From an uncultured Actinomycetes bacterium (GTDB lineage Bacteria; Actinomycetota; Acidimicrobiia; IMCC26256; PALSA-610), in the NCBI GenBank assembly GCA_963835455.1, contig CAWIFT010000006.1:204503-268502 (forward strand): DNA of 64,000 nt, read 5' to 3'. This document shows, in pieces, positions 1 to 8,794 of this stretch. Position 1 is the first letter of the stretch; the number at the start of each line of letters is the position of its first letter. The notes under the pieces were generated by a model that saw nothing but the letters and a program-made list of their open reading frames with translations, was not told the origin of the DNA and ran no database searches. A program made the translations under genes and the position numbers.

Positions 1-530
1 GTCGCATCGTCGTCGACGAGCACGAGCTGCAGCAACGCATTCGCGAGCTGGGCAAAGAGGTCGCGGCCGACTACGACGACCACCCGCCGCTCCTCGTCGG
101 CATCCTCAAGGGCGCGTTCATGTTCATGGCCGACCTCGCCCACGCGATCGACCTGCCGGTCGAGTTCGACTTCATGGCGGTGTCGTCGTACGGATCGGCG
201 ACGCGCACCAGCGGAGTCGTGCGCATCATGAAGGACCTCGACCTCGATCTCACCGACCGGCACGTCCTGATCGTCGAGGACATCGTCGACTCGGGGCTCA
301 CGCTCGCGTACCTCAGCAAGAACCTGCGGGCGCGCGGCGCCGCCTCGCTCGAGGTGTGTGCGCTGCTCGTCAAAGAGGGTTTGCAGAAGGTCGAGACGGA
401 TCTGAAGTACGTGGGGTTCCGGATCCCGCCCGACTTCGTCATCGGCTACGGCCTCGACGTCGACGAGCGTTACCGCAATCTGCCGTTCATCGCCGAGTAC
501 ACGGGCCCGATGGAGCAGCGGTACACGTGA
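1..530 (+). CDS. hpt: hypoxanthine/guanine phosphoribosyltransferase, 5' end cut by window edge
   Basis: The frame is open from position 3 ([45 protein letters not shown]...). PRPP-binding motif [14 protein letters not shown] is present. Stop TGA at 528-530 overlaps the next start (GTGA). Confidence 0.9.
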   Translation, partial: RIVVDEHELQQRIRELGKEVAADYDDHPPLLVGILKGAFMFMADLAHAIDLPVEFDFMAVSSYGSATRTSGVVRIMKDLDLDLTDRHVLIVEDIVDSGLTLAYLSKNLRARGAASLEVCALLVKEGLQKVETDLKYVGFRIPPDFVIGYGLDVDERYRNLPFIAEYTGPMEQRYT

Positions 531-1123
531 CCGACATCGAACCGGGCGTCGACATCGACCGGCTGGAGAAGGCGGTGCGCGAGATCCTCCTCGCCATCGG
601 CGAGGATCCCGATCGCGACGGCCTGTTGCGCACACCCCATCGTGTCGCGGAGATGTACGCGGAGGTGTGCAGCGGGCTGCACGAAGACCCGTCGCAACAT
701 CTGATCGTCACGTTCGAGGCCAACCACGACGAGATGGTGCTCGTACGGGACATCGCGCTGTACTCGCTCTGCGAACATCACCTCGCGCCGTTCCACGGGC
801 GCGCGCACGTCGCGTACATCCCCGGCGACGACGGCCGCATCACCGGACTCTCGAAGCTCGCGCGTCTCGTCGACGGCTTCGCCAAGCGCCCCCAGGTGCA
901 GGAACGCCTCACGACGCAGATCGCCGACGCGATCGTGGAGGTCCTCCAGCCGCGCGGCGCGTTCGTGATGATCGAAGCCGAACACCTCTGCATGTCGATG
1001 CGGGGAGTGCGCAAGCCCGGGACGCTCACCCTCACGTCGGCCGTGCGCGGCCTCTTCAAGGACAGCGCCGCGACCCGAGCCGAGGTCATGTCGCTCATCG
1101 GCCCTTCCGTCGGCCGGTCCTGA
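527..1123 (+). CDS. folE: GTP cyclohydrolase I
   Basis: GTG at 527 lies in the frame of ORF 356..1123. The 198-aa product contains [19 protein letters not shown] and QVQERLT, typical of FolE. The part of the ORF upstream of 527 overlaps hpt and is not coding. Confidence 0.9.
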   Translation: MTDIEPGVDIDRLEKAVREILLAIGEDPDRDGLLRTPHRVAEMYAEVCSGLHEDPSQHLIVTFEANHDEMVLVRDIALYSLCEHHLAPFHGRAHVAYIPGDDGRITGLSKLARLVDGFAKRPQVQERLTTQIADAIVEVLQPRGAFVMIEAEHLCMSMRGVRKPGTLTLTSAVRGLFKDSAATRAEVMSLIGPSVGRS

Positions 1124-1144
1124 ATGGTTCGCTAACCTCCGGCC

Positions 1145-2003
1145 GTGGCCGCCGCACCCCTTCTCCTCGTCGCCGATCTGCCGCGGCGGGGCCTGATGGG
1201 GGTCGTCAACGTCACCCCGGACTCCTTCTCCGACGGCGGCGCCTATCTCGATCCCGGCGCCGCGATCGCCCACGCCCTCGAACTGGCGGCGGCCGGCGCG
1301 GCCGTGATCGACGTCGGCGGCGAGTCGACGCGTCCCGGTGCCGATCCGGTCGACGCCGACGAAGAGCTGCGCCGCGTCCTGCCGGTGGTCTCGGGGATCG
1401 TGGCGCAGTCGCCGGTTCCCGTCAGCATCGACACCACCAAGTCGGTCGTCGCCGCGCGCCGCACTCGACGCCGGTGCGCGGATGGTGAACGACATCTCCG
1501 GCGGCGCCGTCGACCCCGACATCATGCGTGTGGTCGCGGAGTCGGGCGCGGCGTATGTCGCGATGCACACGCGAGGAACGCCGCGCACGATGCAGGAGGA
1601 GGCCCACTACGACGACGTCGTGGGCGAGGTGGGCACCGAGCTCCGGACGCGCATCGAACTCGCGGTCGACACCGGTATCGATCCGCGCGCGATCTTCGCC
1701 GACCCCGGTATCGGCTTCGCCAAGACGATCGATCACAACCTCGCGTTGCTGCGCTCCCTCCCCGAGATCGCGGCCCGGGTCGGGTTGCCGCTGCTCGTCG
1801 GGACGTCGCGCAAGTCGTTCCTCGCGCGCGTCATCGGCGCCGACGATCGCGGGGCGCGCGACGACGCCACCCTCGCGATGACCGTGTGGTCCTTCGAACA
1901 GGGTGCCGCGCTCGTGCGCGTGCACGATGTCGCCGCATCGAAGCGCGCGGTCGAGCTGCTCGACGTGATCGAACGCGCGACTCCCGAAGGTATGGCGGCG
2001 TGA
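1145..2003 (+). pseudogene. folP: dihydropteroate synthase, frame-disrupted near 1457
   Basis: The N-terminal part (GVVNVTPDSFSDGG...VSIDTTKSVVAA) is in the frame of ORF 1145. The C-terminal part (AALDAGARMVNDISGG...GTSRKSF...VRVHDV) is in ORF 1338..2003. Skipping one base restores a canonical DHPS. Confidence 0.85.
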
Positions 2004-2518
2004 CGACCGGCGGACTGCGCGGTCGCTGGGCCCAGGGCCTGCAGCCGCGCTATTTCACGTGGGTGATCAAGGACCGCCTCGGCGCCGGGGAGCGGCCGGG
2101 AGGATTCGCGCGCAACCATCGCAAGGTCCGGCGCCAAGAAGAGCTGATCTGGCTCAATGTCAACGGCTTCACGCACGTGGTGTCGTTGCTCGACTCGCCC
2201 CACAACCTGCACGCGTACGACGAGGCGGGGGTGTCGTACATCCACACCCCGATCGGTCCGCACGACGAGCTCCCGATGCGGCTCTCGATGATCTACAACG
2301 CGATCTCCAAATTGCTCGACGATCCCGCCGAGCGCATCTACGTGCACAACGAGGAGTTCGGCGACAAGGTGCTCGGTGTCCTCGCGGGATACCTCCTGCA
2401 CGCGGGTCTCGTCGATCACGGCCCGCACGCGGTGTCGGTCGTCGAGAAGTTGACGTCCCGCAGCCTCGGAGCCGAGGGCCGCGAGATCGTCGCGATCACC
2501 CTCGACGACCACCTGTAG
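2000..2518 (+). CDS. dual-specificity-phosphatase-like protein with a degenerate active site
   Basis: GTG at 2000 overlaps the folP stop (GTGA). This is the in-frame 3' part of ORF 1145..2518, 172 aa. The P-loop region reads VHNEEFGDKVLGVLAGYLL where DSPs have VHCxxGxxRS, so Cys is Asn and Arg is Lys. Confidence 0.45.
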   Translation: MTTGGLRGRWAQGLQPRYFTWVIKDRLGAGERPGGFARNHRKVRRQEELIWLNVNGFTHVVSLLDSPHNLHAYDEAGVSYIHTPIGPHDELPMRLSMIYNAISKLLDDPAERIYVHNEEFGDKVLGVLAGYLLHAGLVDHGPHAVSVVEKLTSRSLGAEGREIVAITLDDHL

Positions 2519-2529
2519 ACGTCGAAAAA

Positions 2530-2591
2530 CCTCCCAACAGTTGTCGGAGTTCTCCGCGCATAGCGCCGATATCTCCGACAACTGTTGGTGG
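2530..2591 (-). repeat. palindromic intergenic element, copy 1 (reverse orientation); likely pyk terminator
   Basis: Arms CTCCCAACAGTTGTCGGAG and CTCCGACAACTGTTGGTGG flank a 23-nt loop. The element abuts the pyk stop at 2592-2594. Read on the pyk strand, the hairpin is followed by TTTTT (complement of 2525-2529). Copies 2 and 3 are at 19401 and 62311. Confidence 0.8.
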
Positions 2592-4004
2592 TCAGATGCG
2601 GACGATGCGGACGGTGTCGGTGGCGCCGGCGCGTTTGCCGGGCGACGCGGAGACGACCGCGATGAGGTCGCCTTTGCGCGCGACTCCGCTCTCGCGTGCG
2701 GCCTTCACCGCGCGCCGCGACCCGTCGTCGTCCTTGGTCGCCGGCGCCATGAGCGGTTCCACGCCCCACACCATGCACAGCCGACCGAGAACGTCGGCCT
2801 GCTCGGAGATGCCGGCGATCGGCACCGTGGGCCGGAAGGCGGCGACGCGACGCGCGGTGGTGCCGCTCTGCGTCGGGCACACGATCGCGGCGACACCGAG
2901 ATCCTCCGCGGCCTGAACCGACGCGTGCGCGACCGCCCACGCGACGCGATCGTCGTCGAGGGCGGCGGCCGCCCCTTGCGGGGTGGTGCGCGTGTGCGGC
3001 CACGCCTCCGCCGCTTCGGCCACGTCGCTCATCGTGCGCACCGTGTCGGCCGGGTACTCGCCGACCGCGGTCTCCTCCGACAGCATCAGCGCGTCGGTGC
3101 CGTCCAGGACCGCGTTGGCGACGTCGTTCACCTCGGCGCGGGTCGGAAGCGGAGAACGGGTCATCGACTCCAGCATCTGCGTCGCCGTGATCACCGGCTT
3201 GCCCGCCATGTTGCAGAACCGGATGATCTCCTTTTGGATCAGCGGCACGCGGCGCGCCGGGACCTGGATGCCGAGGTCGCCGCGCGCCACCATGACCACG
3301 TCGGCCGCGCCGACGATCCCGGGCAGATGATCGAGCGCGACCGCCGTCTCGATCTTCGCGACGAGCTGGGGCCGGTGCCCGCGCTTGGGCAACCGCGCCC
3401 GTACGGCGTCGATGTCCTCGGGGCGGCGCACGAACGACAAGCCGATGAAATCGGCCTTGATCCCGATCGCCATCCGCAGCGCGACCGCGTCCGCGTCCGT
3501 GAACGGCTCGACGTGGGCTTCGGCCCGCGGAACGTGCATCCCCTTGCGCGAACGAAGAACGCCGCCGCGTACGATCTCGCACACCACGTCGCCGTCGACG
3601 ATCTCGTCGACGCGCAGCACGATTGCGCCGTCGGCGAGGAAGATGTCGTCGCCCGGGCCGACCCAGCGCCCCAGTTCGGGGAGGGTCGTCGACACCTGCG
3701 TCGCGTCGCCCACGACCGGCGCCGACGTGAGGGTGATCCGGTGGCCGATCTCGAGCTGGATCTCGTCTTCGACGACCGGGCCGGTGCGCATCTTCGGGCC
3801 GGGCAGGTCGACGAGGACACCGACCGCGCGACCGAGTGCGGACGCGGTTTCGCGCGCGAGCGTGGCGCGTTCGGCGTGAACGTCGCCGGTGCCGTGCGCG
3901 GCGTTGAGGCGCACCACGTTGGCGCCCGCGGCGAGGATGGCGCGCATCGACTCGGGCCGCGACGTGGCCGGGCCGACCGTCGCAACGATCTTCGTCCGCC
4001 GCAT
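2592..4004 (-). CDS. pyk: pyruvate kinase
   Basis: 470-aa ORF starting MRRTKIVATVGPATSRPESMRAILAAGANVVRLNAAHG, with VLVDLPGPKMRTG and MVARGDLGIQVP. Confidence 0.93.
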   Translation of the reverse strand: MRRTKIVATVGPATSRPESMRAILAAGANVVRLNAAHGTGDVHAERATLARETASALGRAVGVLVDLPGPKMRTGPVVEDEIQLEIGHRITLTSAPVVGDATQVSTTLPELGRWVGPGDDIFLADGAIVLRVDEIVDGDVVCEIVRGGVLRSRKGMHVPRAEAHVEPFTDADAVALRMAIGIKADFIGLSFVRRPEDIDAVRARLPKRGHRPQLVAKIETAVALDHLPGIVGAADVVMVARGDLGIQVPARRVPLIQKEIIRFCNMAGKPVITATQMLESMTRSPLPTRAEVNDVANAVLDGTDALMLSEETAVGEYPADTVRTMSDVAEAAEAWPHTRTTPQGAAAALDDDRVAWAVAHASVQAAEDLGVAAIVCPTQSGTTARRVAAFRPTVPIAGISEQADVLGRLCMVWGVEPLMAPATKDDDGSRRAVKAARESGVARKGDLIAVVSASPGKRAGATDTVRIVRI

Positions 4005-4037
4005 ACCCAGGGACTATCACGCGACTAGCGTCGAACC

Positions 4038-4388
4038 GTGGACCGCATCGTCATCTCCGGGATTCGCGAGATGGGCGTGCACGGCGTTCTTCCCGAAGAG
4101 CAGGTGCGCCCGCAGCCGTTCCAGGTCGACGTCGAGTTGATCGTCGACGTCACGGCCGCCGGTGCGAGCGACGAGCTCGAGGACACGGTCGACTACTCCG
4201 CGGTGTGCGAAGCCGTGAGTCGGGTCGTGACCTCCGAGCAGTACCGCCTGCTCGAGCGGCTCGCGACCCGCATCGCCGAAGTGTGCCGCGCGGATCCGCG
4301 CGTCGTCGGCGTCGTGGTGGAGGTCCGCAAGCTGCACCCGCCGGTGCGGACGCAGCTCGACTACGTCGCGGTACGCGTCGAACGGTGA
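4038..4388 (+). CDS. folB: dihydroneopterin aldolase
   Basis: 116 aa: MDRIVISGIREMGVHGVLPEEQVRPQPFQVDVEL...DYSAV. Its position is directly upstream of folK. Confidence 0.85.
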   Translation: MDRIVISGIREMGVHGVLPEEQVRPQPFQVDVELIVDVTAAGASDELEDTVDYSAVCEAVSRVVTSEQYRLLERLATRIAEVCRADPRVVGVVVEVRKLHPPVRTQLDYVAVRVER

Positions 4389-4852
4389 GCCGCGCGTATC
4401 TCGCGCTCGGCTCGAACCTGGGCGACCGCCGCGCGCACCTGCAGGGCGCGATCGATGCACTCACCGCGGCGGACGCGGTCCGTGTGGTCGCGGTGTCGCG
4501 GGTCTACGAGACCGCGCCCGTCGGCGGTCCGCCGCAAGATGCGTTCCTGAACGCGGTCGTGATGATCGAAACCGATCTCGATCCGCATGCGCTCCTGGCG
4601 CTCGCCCAGCGGATCGAACTCGATGCCCGCCGCGTGCGCGCCGAGCGTTGGGGTCCCCGCACGCTCGACGTCGACGTGTTGCTGTTCGACGACCTGGTGC
4701 TCGACGACCCCGACCTCGTCATCCCGCATCCCCGCATGGCGGAGCGGGGGTTCGTCCTGGCCCCGCTACGCGACGTCGCGCCCGGTCTGGTCGACGCCGC
4801 GGCGACCTGGGAGGGGGTGCGGGAAGCGGCGGTAACCTTGCGCATTCGATGA
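4385..4852 (+). CDS. folK: 2-amino-4-hydroxy-6-hydroxymethyldihydropteridine diphosphokinase
   Basis: GTG at 4385 overlaps the folB stop. Contains AYLALGSNLGDR, WGPRTLDVDVLLF and IPHPRMAERGFVLAPL. Confidence 0.88.
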   Translation: MSRAYLALGSNLGDRRAHLQGAIDALTAADAVRVVAVSRVYETAPVGGPPQDAFLNAVVMIETDLDPHALLALAQRIELDARRVRAERWGPRTLDVDVLLFDDLVLDDPDLVIPHPRMAERGFVLAPLRDVAPGLVDAAATWEGVREAAVTLRIR

Positions 4853-5709
4853 CGGAACAGCTGCGGACCGTCGCGTTGATCGGCCCCGGGCGGGCGGGGA
4901 CGACGATCGCGCTCGGCCTGATGGACCAGGGTTGGACGGTGGTCGGCGTCGGAGGCCGCGCGCCGGACGCGCCGTCGACCACGTCCGCGGCCGCGTGCCT
5001 GGCGTCGAGGCCGGCGCTGGTGTCGGAGGTCGCGCGCGGTGCGGCGCTCGTGCTGATCGCCACCCCCGACCGGGCCATCGAACAGGTGCTGCTCGCGGCC
5101 GAGCCCGCGATCGAGCCGGGCGCGCTCGTCGTGCACCTCGCGGGGTCGCGCGGGCTCGACGTGTTCACGCCGCTGCTCGAGCTGCGCACCGGCCTCCGCG
5201 TCGGTGCGATGCATCCACTGCAGTCGTTTCCCTCGACGACCGCGGGGCTCGAGCGACTCGTCGGCGCGTGGGCCGCGGTCGCGGGTGATCCGGCGGTGGC
5301 CGACATCGCGCGCTCGCTCGGCCTGCGTCCCTTCGAGCTGGCCGACTCCGACCGCGGGCGCTACCACGCCGCCGCGGTCATCGCTTCGAACCATCTCGTC
5401 GCACTCCTCGGTCAGGTCGAGCGGCTGGCGACGAGCTGCGCGGTTCCGTTCGAGGCATTCGCACCGCTGGTGCTCGCGTCGGTGCAGAACTCCTTCGCGC
5501 TGGGTCCGGCCGAAGCGCTCACCGGACCGGTCGCCCGGGGCGACCTCGCCACGGTCGAACAACATCTCCGCGATCTCGATCCGGCCGAGCGCGATGCGTA
5601 CCGGGCCCTGGCGCGCGAAGCCGCCCGGCTCACCGGACGCCGTGACACCGGGCTCGACCGCCTGCTCGGTGATCTCCGCCAGCAGCCGGGCACCCCGGAC
5701 GAGGAATAG
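4849..5709 (+). CDS. Rossmann-fold / DUF2520-type protein (ketopantoate-reductase-like context)
   Basis: ATG at 4849 overlaps the folK stop (ATGA). The N-terminus VALIGPGRAGTTIALGL is a dinucleotide-binding fold. The C-terminus has TGPVARGD. It sits between folK and panC, as in other actinobacteria. Confidence 0.6.
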   Translation: MTEQLRTVALIGPGRAGTTIALGLMDQGWTVVGVGGRAPDAPSTTSAAACLASRPALVSEVARGAALVLIATPDRAIEQVLLAAEPAIEPGALVVHLAGSRGLDVFTPLLELRTGLRVGAMHPLQSFPSTTAGLERLVGAWAAVAGDPAVADIARSLGLRPFELADSDRGRYHAAAVIASNHLVALLGQVERLATSCAVPFEAFAPLVLASVQNSFALGPAEALTGPVARGDLATVEQHLRDLDPAERDAYRALAREAARLTGRRDTGLDRLLGDLRQQPGTPDEE

Positions 5710-5812
5710 CCGTTCCCCTCGCCTGGCGGGTGGTCGTTTTCCCCAACTACGATCGACAGGTCAGACCCGCCAGTCCGGACCGTGAACAGGCCGGAACCGA
5801 GCGAGGCCGAGG

Positions 5813-6742
5813 ATGCTGCACATCGAGACGATCGCCGACCTGCGCGCTGCCTGCGAGCGCGCGCGTTCGCAGGGCTTGCGGGTCGGGCTCGTGCCGACGA
5901 TGGGCTACCTGCACGAGGGCCACCGTTCGCTGATGCGGGCCGCACGGGAGACGTGCGACCTCGTCGTGGTCTCCATCTTCGTCAATCCGCTGCAGTTCGG
6001 CGCGGGCGAAGATCTCGACCGTTACCCCCGTGACCTCTCCGGTGATCTGGCGCAGTGCCTGGCCGAGGGTGTCGACGCGGTCTTCGCGCCGTCGGTCGCC
6101 GAGATGTATCCGAGCGGACGACCGCTCACGTCGGTGCACGTCGCCGGTCTCACCGACGATCTGTGCGGCGCAGCGCGCCCGACCCACTTCGACGGTGTCG
6201 CGACCGTCGTCACCAAACTCTTCGCGATCGTCGGGCCGTGCTCGGCGTTCTTCGGGCGCAAGGACGCGCAACAGCTCGCGGTGATCGGCCGGCTCGTCGA
6301 GGATCTCGACCTGCCGATCGAGGTCGTGGGTTGCCCGATCGTGCGCGAGCCCGACGGTCTCGCGTTGTCGAGCCGCAATGCGTACCTCTCGGCCGGCAGC
6401 CGACGCGCCGCGCTCGTGTTGTCGCGCGCGCTCGAAGCCGCGGCCGGCGCGGTGATCGAAGGCGAGCGCGACGCGTCCGCGGTGGTCGACCTCGTCCGCG
6501 GACTCGTTGCCACGGAGCCGGCGGTCACGCTCGAATACGTCGAGGCGCGCACCGCGGCCGACCTCGTTCCCGTCGCCGTTCTCGACGGCGACGTGCTGCT
6601 CGCGCTCGCGGCGCGGGTCGGCGAAACCCGTCTCATCGACAACGTCGTGCTCTCGGTGCGCGGCGCCGATGCCCATGTGGATCTCGGCAGCCGGTTGCAA
6701 CCTGCGAGTGGGCTCGACCCCGTGGCGCGAAGGAAGGCATAG
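5813..6742 (+). CDS. panC: pantoate--beta-alanine ligase
   Basis: 309 aa containing VPTMGYLHEGHRSLM, VSIFVNPLQFG and RPTHFDGVATVV. Confidence 0.93.
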   Translation: MLHIETIADLRAACERARSQGLRVGLVPTMGYLHEGHRSLMRAARETCDLVVVSIFVNPLQFGAGEDLDRYPRDLSGDLAQCLAEGVDAVFAPSVAEMYPSGRPLTSVHVAGLTDDLCGAARPTHFDGVATVVTKLFAIVGPCSAFFGRKDAQQLAVIGRLVEDLDLPIEVVGCPIVREPDGLALSSRNAYLSAGSRRAALVLSRALEAAAGAVIEGERDASAVVDLVRGLVATEPAVTLEYVEARTAADLVPVAVLDGDVLLALAARVGETRLIDNVVLSVRGADAHVDLGSRLQPASGLDPVARRKA

Positions 6743-7159
6743 ATGCATCGCACGATGATGAAATCGAAGATCCACCGGGCGACGATCACCGGTGCCAACT
6801 TGGAGTACGTCGGTTCGATCACGCTCGATCGCGACCTCATGGAGCTCGCCGACATCCGGGAGTTCGAGCAGGTCGCGATCCTCGACATCGACAACGGCGT
6901 TCGCTTCGAGACCTACGCGATGGAGGGCGGCCCGGGCGACGTGATCCTGAACGGCGCCGCCGCCCGCCTCGTGCAGCCCGGCGATCGCATCATCGTCATC
7001 ACGTACGCCGACTACGACGAGGCCGAGCTCGCGGCGTATGCGCCACGGATCGTGCACGTCGACGAAGCGAACCGGCCGATCGACGCGGACGAGGCGGTGC
7101 AGCGCGCCGGCTCGAACCTCGTCTGGATGCGCGACCATCCCACCCGCCACCTAGGCTGA
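6743..7159 (+). CDS. panD: aspartate 1-decarboxylase
   Basis: 138 aa starting [29 protein letters not shown], which includes the Gly-Ser self-cleavage site. It abuts the panC stop. Confidence 0.93.
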   Translation: MHRTMMKSKIHRATITGANLEYVGSITLDRDLMELADIREFEQVAILDIDNGVRFETYAMEGGPGDVILNGAAARLVQPGDRIIVITYADYDEAELAAYAPRIVHVDEANRPIDADEAVQRAGSNLVWMRDHPTRHLG

Positions 7160-7165
7160 CTCTTC

Positions 7166-8794
7166 GTGTACGACGTCCTCGTGTTGGGGAGTGGCGTCGC
7201 GGGGCTGACGACTGCGCTCCACGCGGCGCGGCGGGGGTTGTCGGTGCTCGTCCTGACCAAGGGTGAGCTCTCGCACTCGGCCACCCGGTACGCGCAGGGC
7301 GGCGTCGCGGCCGCGCTCGCCGCGCCCGACACCCCCGATCTGCACCTCGTCGACACGCTGACCGCGGGCGCGGGCCTGTGTGACTCCGACGCGGTGCGCA
7401 TCCTCGTGACCGAAGGTCCCGACCGCGTGCGTGAGCTCGCGCGCCTCGGCGCGCACTTCGACACCGAGCCGTCGCCGGAGGGCCCGGAGCTGCTCTTGGC
7501 CCGCGAGGGCGGGCACTCGCTCGCGCGGGTGGTGCACGCGGGCGGCGACGCGACCGGCGCCGAGATCGAACGCGCGCTGGTCGAAGCGGTGAGCATCAGC
7601 GACTCGATCGAGGTGCGCGAGGGGTGGTTCGCGATCGAGCTGCTCGTCGAGCGCGATCGGTGCACGGGCGTGCTCGCGCTGCGCCCGGACGACCAGGTCG
7701 AGTTCGTGCGCGCCACCGACATCGTGCTCGCAACGGGTGGCGCGGGTCAGTGTTTCGCGGTCACGACCAATCCGACCCTGTCGACGGGTGACGGTGTGGC
7801 GCTCGCGCTGAAGGCCGGGGTCGCGTGCGCCGACCTGGAGTTCGTCCAGTTCCACCCCACCGCGTTGCACACGCCGTTGATGCCGCGCCCGTTGCTGTCC
7901 GAGGCGTTGCGCGGCGAGGGTGCCGTCCTGCGCGACTTCGAGGGCGTCGCGTTCATGACCGGGTTGCATCCGCTCGCCGACCTCGCGCCCCGCGACGTCG
8001 TGGCCCGCGCCGTATACGAGCGCATGCAGGAGACCGACGAGGATCACGTGTGGCTCGACGCCACGATGATCGACGACTTCCAACACCACTTCCCGACGAT
8101 CTGGTTCTCCTGCCTGCGCGCCGACCTCGACCCCACCGAGGAGTGGCTTCCGGTCGCGCCGGCCGCCCACTATCTCTCCGGCGGTGTCGTCGCCGATCTG
8201 GACGGGGCGACCACGCTCGACCATCTCTGGGCGTGCGGCGAGGCCGCGTGCAGTGGCGTGCACGGCGCGAACCGCCTTGCTTCCAATTCGTTGCTCGACG
8301 GGCTCGTGTTCGGCCGGCGCGTCGTCGAGGCGATCCTCGCGGGCAAGGAGACGGCCGACTCGACCGGCGCGATGACGGGGGTTCTCGATCTCGCGGACGA
8401 CATCGCACCCGAGGCCGACCCCGTCGTGTTGCCGAAGGAACGCGCGACCGATCCCGACGACGTGCGCGGCGCGTTGCAGCGCGTGATGTCGTCGGACTGC
8501 GGCGTCGTGCGCGACGCCGACGGCCTGCAGCTCGCGAGCGAGACGCTCGGCGATCTCGCAAAGCTCGCCGACGACCTCCCCGCGCGCAGCATCGCGAGCT
8601 ACGAGGTCATCGACCTGCTGCGGGTGTCGCGCGCGATCGTGGCGTCGGCGGCGTACCGCACCGAGTCGCGCGGTTCGCACACCCGCCGCGAGTTCCCCGA
8701 CCCGTCCGACGCGTTCCTCGGGCGATTCGTGTCACGCGGCGCCGCCGCGCCGGTGTTCGTGTCGCTGCCGGGCGTCGGCGCGCGAGGTCGATGA
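7166..8794 (+). CDS. nadB: L-aspartate oxidase
   Basis: 542 aa. FAD motif DVLVLGSGVAGL, plus YAQGGVAAAL and HGANRLASNSLLDGLVFG. Confidence 0.92.
   Translation: MYDVLVLGSGVAGLTTALHAARRGLSVLVLTKGELSHSATRYAQGGVAAALAAPDTPDLHLVDTLTAGAGLCDSDAVRILVTEGPDRVRELARLGAHFDTEPSPEGPELLLAREGGHSLARVVHAGGDATGAEIERALVEAVSISDSIEVREGWFAIELLVERDRCTGVLALRPDDQVEFVRATDIVLATGGAGQCFAVTTNPTLSTGDGVALALKAGVACADLEFVQFHPTALHTPLMPRPLLSEALRGEGAVLRDFEGVAFMTGLHPLADLAPRDVVARAVYERMQETDEDHVWLDATMIDDFQHHFPTIWFSCLRADLDPTEEWLPVAPAAHYLSGGVVADLDGATTLDHLWACGEAACSGVHGANRLASNSLLDGLVFGRRVVEAILAGKETADSTGAMTGVLDLADDIAPEADPVVLPKERATDPDDVRGALQRVMSSDCGVVRDADGLQLASETLGDLAKLADDLPARSIASYEVIDLLRVSRAIVASAAYRTESRGSHTRREFPDPSDAFLGRFVSRGAAAPVFVSLPGVGARGR

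Noticed and set aside
1145-2518. A 457-aa ORF that looks like a folP fusion protein.
   Set aside because: Its middle third is out-of-frame folP sequence (RRTRRRCADGERHL...). It is produced by the 1-nt frame disruption at about 1457 plus a chance shared frame with the next gene.
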